Assembly (NCBI GenBank): GCA_027923505.1
Contig: BROI01000001.1
Location: 2,542,001 to 2,606,000, forward strand
Length of the DNA stretch: 64,000 nucleotides
DNA from: Mayamaea pseudoterrestris
Taxonomy: Eukaryota
Reading direction: 5' to 3'
Positions 47,401 through 58,715 of the stretch are shown here, one piece after another; the first letter of the stretch is position 1, and each line of letters opens with the position of its first letter. The notes under the pieces are model-generated. The model was given only the letters and a program-made list of their open reading frames with translations. It ran no database searches and was not told the DNA's origin. The position numbers were made by a program, and so were the translations under genes.

Positions 47401-50068
47401 CTATAATCGTGACGCAATATTCAACGCTGTTGAAAGCAATTGCTGTTGTGAGATACAGCCGGCTGCCCGTTTATACTTTGGGTGCGACAAGCTGGCAGCG
47501 CAGTTCAATTACGAGCCAATTCGACCTTTCGGTGTTTATGTGCGACGTACGCTTCCAATGGAGACATCGTTTCAAAGGGAGGAAGGACTTCGTCGACTTG
47601 ATATCATTTCTGGGGCCTCGTCAACTTTGTTTATCAGATTTGATGAGCGAATTGAGAAAATTTCTCGGGAAACACGCTCGCTTTTCAATTCACCTTCCGT
47701 TCGTCCTGAGCATCTGCAGACGGTGCTGTCGGAGCTAAATAGGATGAGCTCGTATGTGGATGACGCAACAAAGTCTTTGCAAGATAAGATTGCCTCCGTA
47801 TCTGACAGTTTGCGAAGATTGGAGAATGAGGATCAAATTAATGCTGCGCTGTTTCGCTTCCCATGGTTTGCCCGACGATATCTGTTCATGTTGACATACG
47901 CTTGGAACGAAAAGCTCTCTGCCGCAGGCCACGCCATATCGACAATGAAGAAACTCGCTTCATCGCCCTCAACCCGAGATCAGGGCATCGCTTCAAATGT
48001 TGCCATTAATATGGGTGATCCATGGAGTGATGAACTTATGGAGTCGATGAAACAGCTTCGTAAATTAAACGAGCATTACACTCGCTATAATATGGCGGAT
48101 ATAACAGAAACTCTGCCGCAACTTCCTGAAACTGACAGCGAGTTACAACAGGATGGAGATTACGAGGACGACTTCGATAAGGAGGAGGAGTCAGCTGTCG
48201 ATTTTGCTGAGAGTGTCGACGCGGATGTAGTTGCGTCGCGAAGGAGATTACAAGCTAAAGGAATTATGGATCGGTCGTCGTCCCGTCCACGTGCAGTCAA
48301 GTCCTTGGGAACGAGGCGCAGTGACTCGTTTCGTACCGAAGCCGAAGATTCTTTAACTGCGCCAACAAAAAATACACCCGGTGGAGCGGTGAAGTCAGCT
48401 CTAAATCGTTTCTTTAATCGTGGTGGTAGGGAACAAGATCCATATACTGTTGATCTTGGTGTTTTCGCGGAAGGTCGGCCACGGCTTGCGCCTGGAGTCA
48501 ATGGTCTCGGTAAGTGCTTTTACAATGTCGCAGTCATAAAGGCGCAGGATCGTCACTCACACTCATAACATATGCGCATCAGTTGTTCCTGTTTTCGACG
48601 ACCAGCTGTCCACAGTAATTGCTTATTCGCTATCTTCTACTGAGTATGCAAAACAATTCAAATATTTTAGTCGACAAGAGAGTGCTACAGACTCTGATGC
48701 GTTAACTGAAGGAGAGGGCGGGTCGGACAAAGCATCAACTGATCAAAGGGGTAATACGTCCCAAGGTAATTCACTTCCAGTAAACGGCGATTTGTCGTCC
48801 AAAAATGAGGCGACGCAGTCATCTTCGAACGCCGGCCCTGTGCATCAAGCTAGTGTCCAGATGGATGTGAAAAGCGTTGAAAATAGGATGCTTGTGCGAA
48901 GTAAAAGTCATGTCAAGCATACATTTCGCGACTTTGACGAGAAAGGACAGGCCACTTGTAAATTCGTTTGCACTACGTACTGGGCAACTCAATTTCACGC
49001 AGTCCGGCAAGTTTTCTTATCCCGGTCTACAATTGCCAATGCGTCGGAGACAGTTGACGATGATTCCGAAGGAATTGAGCAAAGCTACATTGAGAGTCTA
49101 TCATCGGCTGCTTTCTGGGCAGCGAGCGGCGGCAAGAGTGGAGCTAGCTTCCACCGCACTTCAGATGATCGTTTTGTTATCAAATTTATTTCTCGGACGG
49201 AGCTACAAATGTTTTTGGATTGCGCACCAGCTTACTTTGAGTATTTGAGTAAAGCGTTTTTCCACGGCCTCCCCACCGTTTTGTGCAAGATAGTTGGTGT
49301 TTATCAGATCGGTGTCCATAACCGAGTGACTGGGAAGCGCACTATGGAACAAGTTGCAGTCATGCAAAATATCTTCTACAACCGAAAGATGTCGCGGGTT
49401 TTTGATTTGAAGGGCTCCCTCAGGGGACGCTTCGCGGCGCATGTTCACCGCAGCAAGGACGAGAGTTCGCCAGAGACGCCATCGGCGACGGGCAGTGATG
49501 CAATGGGAGGGAGCATGGTGAAGCCGAATTCAGTTGACGAGCGCGAGACAAATGATGCTAACGACGGCAAAGAGGCAGCAGCAGGCGATGACGAGGCAAA
49601 TCAGGGCGAACACGGACTGCCGACGCTGCTAGACGGAGATTATCTTGAATGGACGTCTGGTCGACCGATGCCGTTAACGGATCGTGCCAAGGCTGTTTTT
49701 CAGATGTCCATTTTGAATGATTCGCTATTTCTTTCAATCATTAATGTTCTCGACTACTCCATTCTTGTTGGCATTGATGAAGAGAATCAAGAACTTGTTG
49801 TCGGAATCATTGACTTCATGAGACGTAAGTTGCAGCGACGAGCGTTACCATCATGTACTGTGGATTAGATGTAAATGCTAATTATTGTCTTTCGCTTGGC
49901 ACAGAGTACGACATAATGAAGCAAATGGAACGAGTCGGGAAGAGTCTACCAATGGTGGTTGGAAGCGAGGCGCCGACAATTATCCAACCTCCGTTATACA
50001 AAGCTCGCTTTACCAATGCCATGGAGAGGTATTTTATGGGAATTCCTAACAAGTGGACAACCATATAA
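44432..50068 (+). CDS. FAB1: Phosphatidylinositol-3-phosphate 5-kinase Fab1/PIKfyve; exons 44432-48509, 48583-49824, 49905-50068
   Basis: CCT-like domain (VKIKTIAGG, GVMFRK, EGCPKHLGCTVVLRG), Cys-rich region (DVALGQFL, SFGKFLE), PIPK domain (SGGKSGASF, FDLKGS, DYSILVG, GIIDFMRQY). Confidence 0.95.
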
Positions 50069-50226
50069 TACATGTATGGGCGAGGCATTGACTGATAATG
50101 TTTTCTCGGTTGACGCGATCATGGCTTTCTCAAGGTTTTGAGCTGCTGCCGAACCCCGCTTCGTCATTAACATAACATCCTAAAGTGCTGTACTACTTAA
50201 ATTGCTTTTGATTTATTGATAGTGTT

Positions 50227-51916
50227 TTAAGTAATTGGATTGTATGAATCTACGGCGTCCAAGTCCCTGACCCGATGATGGTGATGGGTGCGCTGCCCCA
50301 GGGTTTCTGGCATAAATAGGAAAAGTAAGATTGGTATTATAGAAATGAAAAGAGATCCTGTCAAGCTAGCCACATGGCCAAACTTTTCGACTACTAGCTG
50401 GCCCAAAAAGTTGGAAAGCGTAGCTCCAAGGCCGAAACAACTTGCCGTTAGACCCACTAAGTGCAAAAAGTGACAGGTGACGCATGTAAGTTTGGTCGTT
50501 ACTGTTTATACGCTCTACTTCACGGTCCAATTACTTACTGACAACATTAAACCTTCCAGAGCCAAAGGTAATGTCCGCAATAAGGTACGGATGTATGAGC
50601 CCGCAGAGACCGCCGCCGAGGCCATCCAGAATTTGCGTCGACAAGAGCCAAGCGTCCCCTCTGTCCTTCCAAATGATAATCAAGGCACATCGAACTGGAA
50701 GCGAGACAAGACCCGCCAAAAAGAGAGGCTTTCGTCCAAATCCACATAGTGTCAGCTTGTCACCAATATGTGTTGCAAAGGCCATGGTAATTTGCGCCAA
50801 AACAATTGCGCCCGCGATTAAAGGAATGGCCGATTGCCTAGGGGTTCCGTCGTCATTATCGCTGCTTGACATGAGCTCGCCGAGAACAAGCAAAACATTG
50901 GCGTTTGCAAAATGGAAAAAGAAGCCAGTCGAGCACAAAATAGCAGTCCTTGGGTCAGAAAAGACTTCCCAGTATGGCAAAGCCTGGGGTGGTTTGTCTT
51001 TTGAATGGTTCTGAATGGCAACCGTCGACTCGTCACTCTCGAGCCGCTCCAACTGCCCATACTCATCCATGGCAACCTTTCCCTGAAAGCCACGTCCCAT
51101 GAGTGGGTCGCCTTGCGGCAAGAATGGAATGACGACAAGCGCTCCAAGCGCCGCAACCCCAATCACTAGAAAGCAGAATTTAATCTTTGGATACAGGATA
51201 AACGCGACAGCACCTGCAATTACTGCTGCGGCGACTGATCCAATGTGTCTGCAGGAAAGGAAGATATGTTGCGTCAGCTTATCGACAATGGAATTGAAGA
51301 GACAAGCATCGCAGCGACGACAACGCTTTCAATCGACAACAATATAATTACGCACAACCGCAAAAGTAACAACTCACCCATAAAACATGTTATTTGCCAT
51401 GATTCTATCAAAATGATGCGGTCCGAACGTAGCCAAGGTCAACGCCGCCAAGCAAGGTGCAATGAAGGAGGATGCCACTCCTTCAATCACCTTGGTGCCG
51501 TAAATGAGCGCATGATCGTGTTGTCCTTGCTGCACCAGAAAAATGGCCGAGGCTGACAGAGCCGTGACAATACTGGCAACCACCAAGAATAATCTCCGAT
51601 CAATGGCTGCTCTATCAACAATGTCTCCGGCAAAGGGTTGAACAAAGAGCGATGTCAAACCCATTAGCGAAAGCGCCAGGCCGACGCTGCCTTCCTTCCA
51701 ACCCAATCCAACCAAGTAGACGCCCTGGAAAATGTTGAGGCCGTCTCCAAGCTCGCCGAGTGAAAAAGACACTAGTAAAAAGGCCAGCTTGGGAGAAAGC
51801 ACGACATATTTCCGACCTTGCTGCTTGCGACGACGAAAAATCAAGTCGCCATCGTCAATCGAAATTGCCATGCAAGCTTCGTTGTATTCATCGCCTCGAG
51901 ATTGTAGCTGCTCCAT
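50227..51916 (-). CDS. Major facilitator superfamily transporter; exons 51916-51378, 51248-50539, 50456-50227
   Basis: Many hydrophobic helices; GDIVDRAAIDRR and GDKLTLCGFGRKPLF loops; ITFGSGRFN; GT-AG introns restore the frame. Confidence 0.88.
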
Positions 51917-52215
51917 AAAATTCTGATCGGCTAGAAATGTATGTAATAGATAGTTATTCCTATCGATTCGGATAAGTGATGAAGAGCAGATAGAAAGAGT
52001 TTGCAGGGCTGCAGCCAATGGTCGATGCATCGCCAAAGCCTAGAAGAAGACGTTTCGCAGATAAGACATGTAAACCCGTTACGACAGCATGGGTACCGCT
52101 TGCCAGGAGATGCGCAACTAACTCTCCTCTCATTTTTGATCTCCACCATGGCAATCGTTAAAGGACAGCCATTGCTTTGATTTCGAAAACTCTTAGTGAT
52201 ACGAGCCATGAAACA

Positions 52216-53010
52216 ATGAAATCGCATCATGTCTGTATCTTGGCCGCCTTAATATTGAATGCGATACAAGCCTATGCCTCGTTCCACTTGCCGACTCGCA
52301 CCAGCACCTTTGCGTCTATTCACAACCAATATGCACGGACGTTACTATTGTCAGCTGCGTCCAAGAATGATGACATGGTTGCCTTGGAAAAACAAGTCAT
52401 TGCATCTGCGCAGGCTCAAATCGATGTCAATCGCTTACGAAACGCATTCAATGATAATGACAGCGTCAAAGAGCAAGCCTCGACAAACTCCCAGTGGAAG
52501 ATTGCCTTGGCTTCTGCCAGTGTCGCAGGCGCGGCATCGTATCTAGTCATCAATCACAACGTTATTATATCCGGCATTATATTTTTCATGGTATGTTACA
52601 TTGCCAACATTGATCCGCTCGACGAGCAGGACGACAATCTTGGCGGCGCCTTGGCGCGTTTCATTGGTCGCGTCACGCTGCGCGGCATGCAAGTGTCGCA
52701 GCCAAAGGTCAAGGCGGTGGCCCGCGCCGTCATTACCGGTGAGCAAGAAATTGTCGTGTTAAAGCGGCGCGTATCGGAGCTGTCGGAGCAAGTGAAGGAA
52801 CTGGAGCAATGGAAGCGTCAGAAACTCTTTGTCGATGGGGCTCTCGGGCGATTTACGCTCGATGAGTTGAAGGAACGCGCAAGGCGAAACGAACTGGCAG
52901 TGGGAGGGTCAAAAGCGCAGTTGCTAATGCGACTAGTGGAGAATGGAGTTGTACCAATCTATGACGATAAAGGTGATAACGGCAATCTATATGATCGAAG
53001 CTTACGGTAG
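52216..53010 (+). CDS. Signal-peptide protein with TM hairpin, coiled coil and C-terminal SAP domain
   Basis: MKSHHVCILAALILNAIQAYAS-FHLP; hydrophobic mid-segment; FTLDELKERARRNELAVGGSKAQLLMRL fits the SAP consensus. Confidence 0.78.
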   Translation: MKSHHVCILAALILNAIQAYASFHLPTRTSTFASIHNQYARTLLLSAASKNDDMVALEKQVIASAQAQIDVNRLRNAFNDNDSVKEQASTNSQWKIALASASVAGAASYLVINHNVIISGIIFFMVCYIANIDPLDEQDDNLGGALARFIGRVTLRGMQVSQPKVKAVARAVITGEQEIVVLKRRVSELSEQVKELEQWKRQKLFVDGALGRFTLDELKERARRNELAVGGSKAQLLMRLVENGVVPIYDDKGDNGNLYDRSLR

Positions 53011-53239
53011 CGTATAACAGACTATAACACACGTCGCCACATTTCGTAAATCGCGGTAATGATTTCTATCAAGCAGTCAGATGCGCGTCGAAATCACTGC
53101 AGGTGCTTGCAGCGCAGCGTGAGTTGTGTTGGTCCGTTTACCAATGGGTTCTATCCTGGTTCCGGGCGGAGCATAATCTTCGGATCTGCACACAATCTCC
53201 TCATCATCAGAATTGTAACTTTGTAAACGACAGCACGCA

Positions 53240-55972
53240 TCATTGCCGATACTCCAGACCTGCTATCAAACGCGGACCACCAGCCTGCGCAGTCCACAGA
53301 TCCATCCTCGCGCTACCCAAAACATCATCAGCGAGCGTCAAGACGACTCGAGCAATGAGATTGGCAATTTGTTGTCGCAGCAAACCGCTACCAAGTGCTC
53401 GTTCATGCCATCGATCCAAAAACTTGAGATTTTCAGACAGCTCAGTGGCGGTCGCTTGCACTGCTGCTTCAAACTGTTCTTGACTTGCACTACTCCGACG
53501 ATTCCAACTGTCGCGGCCAGCAGAGCCGAGGTTGCGGAGCATGTCGCTTTCGCTGATTGGTTTGAAGGAAAACGAAAGGCGATGTCCAAGTATTTGTAGT
53601 TCCACTCCTTCAAAGAAATCTGTAATCACCGCGGCAACCAAGGTGATAATGTTACCGAGCAATGCTCGTTGCCAAGCAATTGGAAACAACGTCAGCAGTG
53701 GAGCAGAGATCTGGCAATGAGATAACAGCGTCTCGACCACCGCATCTCGTTGAATGAAGTCATTATTGCGACGCGAAGATCGTCGCTTCCGCGCTCCTCG
53801 CTTCATAGCCCGCTCAATCGCACCCTGAGCATAGTTGGTTGACTTGCCGCTGGATGGTATGATACCGGCAGCTAGTGGTGGCAAATCTGGGACTGACTCC
53901 ATTGAAAGGGCAATGTCGGAATACTTCATGATATTGACGCCGTGCAAAGCTGCCAATCCTCTCGCAAGCACTGACATGACAGATTGACAGACTGCCTTGT
54001 AGCCTGCTGTTTCAGCCGCTTCACCGATCTTTTCACCAAGACCATTGCGCAGCAGCCAGCTTCCAGAACCGCCGCTTGGTGCTGGCGTCCGTTGCCGGGC
54101 AAAATCGTTATTTATTGGTGACGAAAGTTCATCGTCATCCTCATCGTCGTCAAAGTATGAATCTGAATTATGCCAAAGATCCGTGTGGTTAAGCTTAACA
54201 ATCCGGCCACTGGCGAAGAGCATGTCCAGATATTCATCGACTAAATCAGGCGGCGGAAAACTGAAATCACGCGACGTGGCAAACGTGAAATCAACTGCAT
54301 CTACCGAATCCTCAGTCTCGTTCATGGTGAGCGAGTGTTTAATGTCAATTTCCTCTGCAGTATAGTTCCACAGTGGATTAGGCCTCCTTTGCAGCACATC
54401 TTTCTCGCATGCTAAATCTTGAAGTAGTCTCTGGCTTTTTGCAATCAAGTCATCAATCTCCCGAACCCTCTTTCTGCGCAACCTCTCCAAGCTTTCTTCC
54501 TCGTCACTTTGCTTAATGACAAATTCAAAAGACTTTTCTTTGGCTGCTCGCTTGCCTTTACTATTCTCATGAACTTCTACACCCGCAAATCGGGCAAGAT
54601 TTTCACGAGCCCTTGATATTGCTGCAATCCTACGCCGAATGGCTCCCATGTGTGGATCGTCATCGCCAATTACTGAGCTATTCTTATATGTTGTCGGTTT
54701 ACCGCTTAAGAAACCGTGCATTCCTGTAATTTGCGCCGACATTTTTCGTATTCTTCGTAGCTTCCGTGATAAGCGTAGTGCCGGGTGGGTTTCCGCAAAG
54801 CCAAAAGTGAATGCGCGGTCAATGCCGTCCCACTGTGTAAGCAGGCCGAAGAGTAAGTCAAAGATGAAAAATGCAAAGTATTCGGAGACCAAGTAACCCT
54901 GAGCTGTACTTACATAGCCTGACGAGACAAACGTCGCGTCATCCGTGCTGTCGACGGTGCTTGACGGTGTGAAACTCGAAGCGTTGAGCGAAGCCGAAAC
55001 ATTACCCGAGACGAAAGGAACCAGACTTTGGGCGACTGTTTTATCTACAGCAACATCATCATCTTCCGCTTCGTCCTCTTCATCATCATCATCTTCTTCA
55101 TCATCTTCCAAGTCATTCTCTTCTTCCTCCTTTTCTTTTTCAAGTAGTTCTTTATAGATTTTCGTAGCTTTCGTTTGAGGTGCACGTTTATCTGAATTCC
55201 GCTGTTGTGCAATCCTTGCTTCGGCCTTTTTATGCGGCTCCTTCACGCCACGATTCCTCCTTGTGCCATCCCTTGACAACTTGTCCAGTGTCTGCTTTAT
55301 AGGCTCTTGCTTTTCAAACACATCAGGAATTAACTCTTCGTCATCTGCATCTTCTTCCTCCTCGTCCTCGTCCTCCTCATCGAGACTAACAGTCGCTGCT
55401 GCTGCCTCATCCATGGCGATCCACTGCGCCGCGTACGACGACACCAAACTTGACTCGACTGGCGCCAACCACGCCGGAATCGCTCGTCGCCACACGGACG
55501 TTGCCTTTGGCTTGGCCAGTGCCACCATGGCGCCGCCTCGATTCGATGCTTGCGCCGCATGTTTGCGAACGGGCGAAGCAGCTTCATCCATGGAGGCTTG
55601 CGCCTTGAGTTGATTGTGAAAGTGAAACAGCGATGATACTGATGACGACCAAGAATCGCTGGCTTTGCTAGTGATTGGATCGCTAGTTTGGTTACTTTCA
55701 ATGATTGCTGTTTCCTCGACTGTAACGTTGATTGGCGTCAAAGTTGCAACATTTGCAGTGTCAATGCGATTTCGAAATCGCCATCCACCCCCTCGAAGCT
55801 CTAAGACGGCACTGCTGCTAGTGTTCAATCCCCAAGGAGTATTCCGTGTTGTTCCTTTTATGAAATTGGCGTTGTGTCGCGTAAATTTAGCAGTTGCAGC
55901 ATTCGCAGTAGTGCATCCGATGATCCAGCATAAACTCAGAATGAGGGAACAGCTGTAACCAAGCCTCCTCAT
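53240..55972 (-). CDS. Large hypothetical protein with signal peptide and acidic tracts; probable intron 54913-54833
   Basis: Open frame of ~910 codons, hydrophobic N-terminus, LELRGG motif, D/E runs; no family recognised. Confidence 0.85.
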   Translation of the reverse strand: MRRLGYSCSLILSLCWIIGCTTANAATAKFTRHNANFIKGTTRNTPWGLNTSSSAVLELRGGGWRFRNRIDTANVATLTPINVTVEETAIIESNQTSDPITSKASDSWSSSVSSLFHFHNQLKAQASMDEAASPVRKHAAQASNRGGAMVALAKPKATSVWRRAIPAWLAPVESSLVSSYAAQWIAMDEAAAATVSLDEEDEDEEEEDADDEELIPDVFEKQEPIKQTLDKLSRDGTRRNRGVKEPHKKAEARIAQQRNSDKRAPQTKATKIYKELLEKEKEEEENDLEDDEEDDDDEEDEAEDDDVAVDKTVAQSLVPFVSGNVSASLNASSFTPSSTVDSTDDATFVSSGYVSTAQGYLVSEYFAFFIFDLLFGLLTQWDGIDRAFTFGFAETHPALRLSRKLRRIRKMSAQITGMHGFLSGKPTTYKNSSVIGDDDPHMGAIRRRIAAISRARENLARFAGVEVHENSKGKRAAKEKSFEFVIKQSDEEESLERLRRKRVREIDDLIAKSQRLLQDLACEKDVLQRRPNPLWNYTAEEIDIKHSLTMNETEDSVDAVDFTFATSRDFSFPPPDLVDEYLDMLFASGRIVKLNHTDLWHNSDSYFDDDEDDDELSSPINNDFARQRTPAPSGGSGSWLLRNGLGEKIGEAAETAGYKAVCQSVMSVLARGLAALHGVNIMKYSDIALSMESVPDLPPLAAGIIPSSGKSTNYAQGAIERAMKRGARKRRSSRRNNDFIQRDAVVETLLSHCQISAPLLTLFPIAWQRALLGNIITLVAAVITDFFEGVELQILGHRLSFSFKPISESDMLRNLGSAGRDSWNRRSSASQEQFEAAVQATATELSENLKFLDRWHERALGSGLLRQQIANLIARVVLTLADDVLGSARMDLWTAQAGGPRLIAGLEYRQ

Positions 55973-57560
55973 TAAACGGGTATTCTTGCGACTGACATTA
56001 CTGTATTTTTGTTTTAAATTTAGATGATTTTGCTCATGAGCTTCGTGTAATAGTATATTTTGCGTCTTTATACAAAATAATGGCATGGTAAATTCGAAAG
56101 AAGGACGGTGTGGCGAGGAGATGGCGACGTGTTTCGAAGAAGCACAACTCCTTCGTCGCTATTGATAGAGTGAGCGATATGTCAATGTCTCCGTTCTCCT
56201 CCTTTGTAGGCTTGAATTGTTCAAAACAAGTGATGAAATCAATTGGAGCCGTAATGATGTGAGTATGCGCCCTCTTTTGGAGTCGACAGATGCCATGGCG
56301 TCCATTCGAAAGGTATCCTGAAGTCGCTTTGGTTTTCGTTGCGACACTTAGACTCTGTACTTCCATGCGTCCAGCTACACTTGCCCATACATACCTATAT
56401 AACACATTCGCGGAGCGGGGAGGTGGTAGGATCAATGGTTTAACTTGGAGCAATGGCTTTCGCGCACTTCGCGCGCGCAAACACAACAAGTCAATTGGGA
56501 TGCCTCGCGAGTTACAGGTTGTACATGAGATTGATTATAAAAAGCTGTGATCTATTGCTGCATGGGTGAAGTAGACAGATGCAGGATTCAATGGCTTTTG
56601 CGCGCTTCGCGCGCTAGAGCCCTGCACCAAGTCTCTTGCGAACTGATCTTGCTAGTTCGTGCAGGCAATAGTTGGATAGCTTACCCATTTACCACCGGAC
56701 CGCTGCACCAAGAGCCTCTTGCAAACAGATCCCGCTAAGTGATGCTGGCATTAGTTGGAAAGCTACCCGACGCTCTGTTTTCCGAACAGTACATGACTGC
56801 CTACCGGTAATTCATTGCAACTGCCCACCGAAGACCAACCGGCCATCCAACTTTGAAGGCTGGGTTCGTGCCAACGGCGGCAGCCGACCTTGTTGCGCGC
56901 TTCGCGCGCGCTAACACAACTGCTAGGTAATGGCCATACTACAGAGCAGTTTGGGGCCTTCATAGCCAGCTACTGTCAATCTAAGCCACGGAAATGTTGC
57001 TGCATGGGTTGAGTAAGGAGGAAACTACAAATTCAATAAAAGGGCACGTAGTATCGATTCTTTACATAGCTAACTGCTTCGTTCAACTGTTAGTAGAGAA
57101 AGTATGAGATGTCGCAGAACGACACAGTCATTTGGGAGTAATTGAGTGCAAACGTCATAGAGTCGTAGTGGCAGTATCACACAATTAATCTCGTGGAGCA
57201 TGTCCGGATAGATCCTACCACGATTATACCTGAACACAGTGAGCAAGTGTTCTGAACTATATTAAACTAAGAGAAGGCAGGTTTAGCTATATCGGGCTGC
57301 TATTCAACCTTTGCAACACTATTTTAAGCAATCAGAAAGGCCAAACACATCATAAGAGGTGAAAGCCTTGAACAACCAAACCAATTCCCTCTCATTTGGC
57401 TTACATGAGTGAACGATGAACTTGTATACTGCATATATTGTCTATCAAAATAGGCGTTTAGGGGGTATGATGGGTTTGGTTATAACCAAACAACAGTTGT
57501 CTGGGGATCGCCAGGCCTCCAGGTTGCCGCACTCGAAATATTGAAGACACAGTGTACGTC

Positions 57561-58367
57561 TTACACTGTCTCCATAGCATAGGGTGCGCCACGTCGCTTG
57601 ACACTCTTTTGCCCATTGCCAGTCAATCTTCTTGTCGACTCCAAATAATAGTCATCTGTTTCAAAAGTATCGCTGCTTTCGTCGTATTCATTATCAAGAC
57701 TCGCATCTAACTTGGCCGGTCCACTTAATGCACGATGTGGTGCTCCCCGACGTGCCGGTTGCGCCGGAGGAAAGAATTTAAAAATGTCTTTGAAATCCAC
57801 CGTTTGACTTTCGTCGAACTGAAGTGCCCGAGACACTCGTTGATGGTTCTTGTACATGCGCCGCGTAAAGACTGTCGTCACGCACCAGCAAACAAGGGCA
57901 ACTTCCCATGGCAAGAAAATGAACAAGCAAACCATGACACTCAGAACGGTACACGCAAGCCCAATACCAAACGTGTAGAAAACCGTCGGTCGTTCATTAT
58001 ATAAAACATCAGTCGCCGTCATCATGCTTCCATCTGGTCCTCGCAGTGCCAGCGATCCACCCAAGACACTAAGACTGGTGGTGTGAGCCACAACACTAAT
58101 GTTTGCACAAAAGGCTGCAACGATGAGTGTATAGTACACAAGCTTCAACGCTCGTCCAACATTAATCATGAACGGACTGCTCTGCCACACGGCATCGTCC
58201 GGCGCACTAAACTCAATGAACAAGGTAATGTCCAGCCCTGCCAGAACGGCACTTTGAGTTCCTACCGTTAAATTGTTGGAATGATGAAGTTGGAACTCCT
58301 TGTCCTTGAGCGCCGTGGCTTTTTGTTTGTAAGCAGACTGAAGCACGAGCGTATCTGCGGCAAGCAT
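57561..58367 (-). CDS. 4-TM membrane protein, Orai-like TM1
   Basis: 268-aa ORF with four hydrophobic segments; TQSAVLAGLDITLFIE; LALRGPDGSM. Confidence 0.82.
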   Translation of the reverse strand: MLAADTLVLQSAYKQKATALKDKEFQLHHSNNLTVGTQSAVLAGLDITLFIEFSAPDDAVWQSSPFMINVGRALKLVYYTLIVAAFCANISVVAHTTSLSVLGGSLALRGPDGSMMTATDVLYNERPTVFYTFGIGLACTVLSVMVCLFIFLPWEVALVCWCVTTVFTRRMYKNHQRVSRALQFDESQTVDFKDIFKFFPPAQPARRGAPHRALSGPAKLDASLDNEYDESSDTFETDDYYLESTRRLTGNGQKSVKRRGAPYAMETV

Positions 58368-58715
58368 GGTGAATTGTGACGATTTTCTGTGACAATTTCC
58401 AGATTGTCTTGCTTATTCTATCCAGAAGTGCCTAAATATGAAGGCTTGGCTTATTATCAACGCATATATGATTTCAATGATTACTTATTGATAGGATTGT
58501 CGACTTGGATGGTCGATGTCGAAATTGTGAACGGAACAGTCGTCATGGTCATGGTTGACCGTCACAAAATCAACGGCTCGAGAAATGTCGTACCGGTTAG
58601 TCTCTTTTTAGCTATGACTGTATTTTCTAAACAATCTAGTTTTTGGCAGCGCAACCAGCGCAACAAATGGAAAAGTAAATGCACGAATCTAATAGAGGGA
58701 AGGCAAAAATCCATC

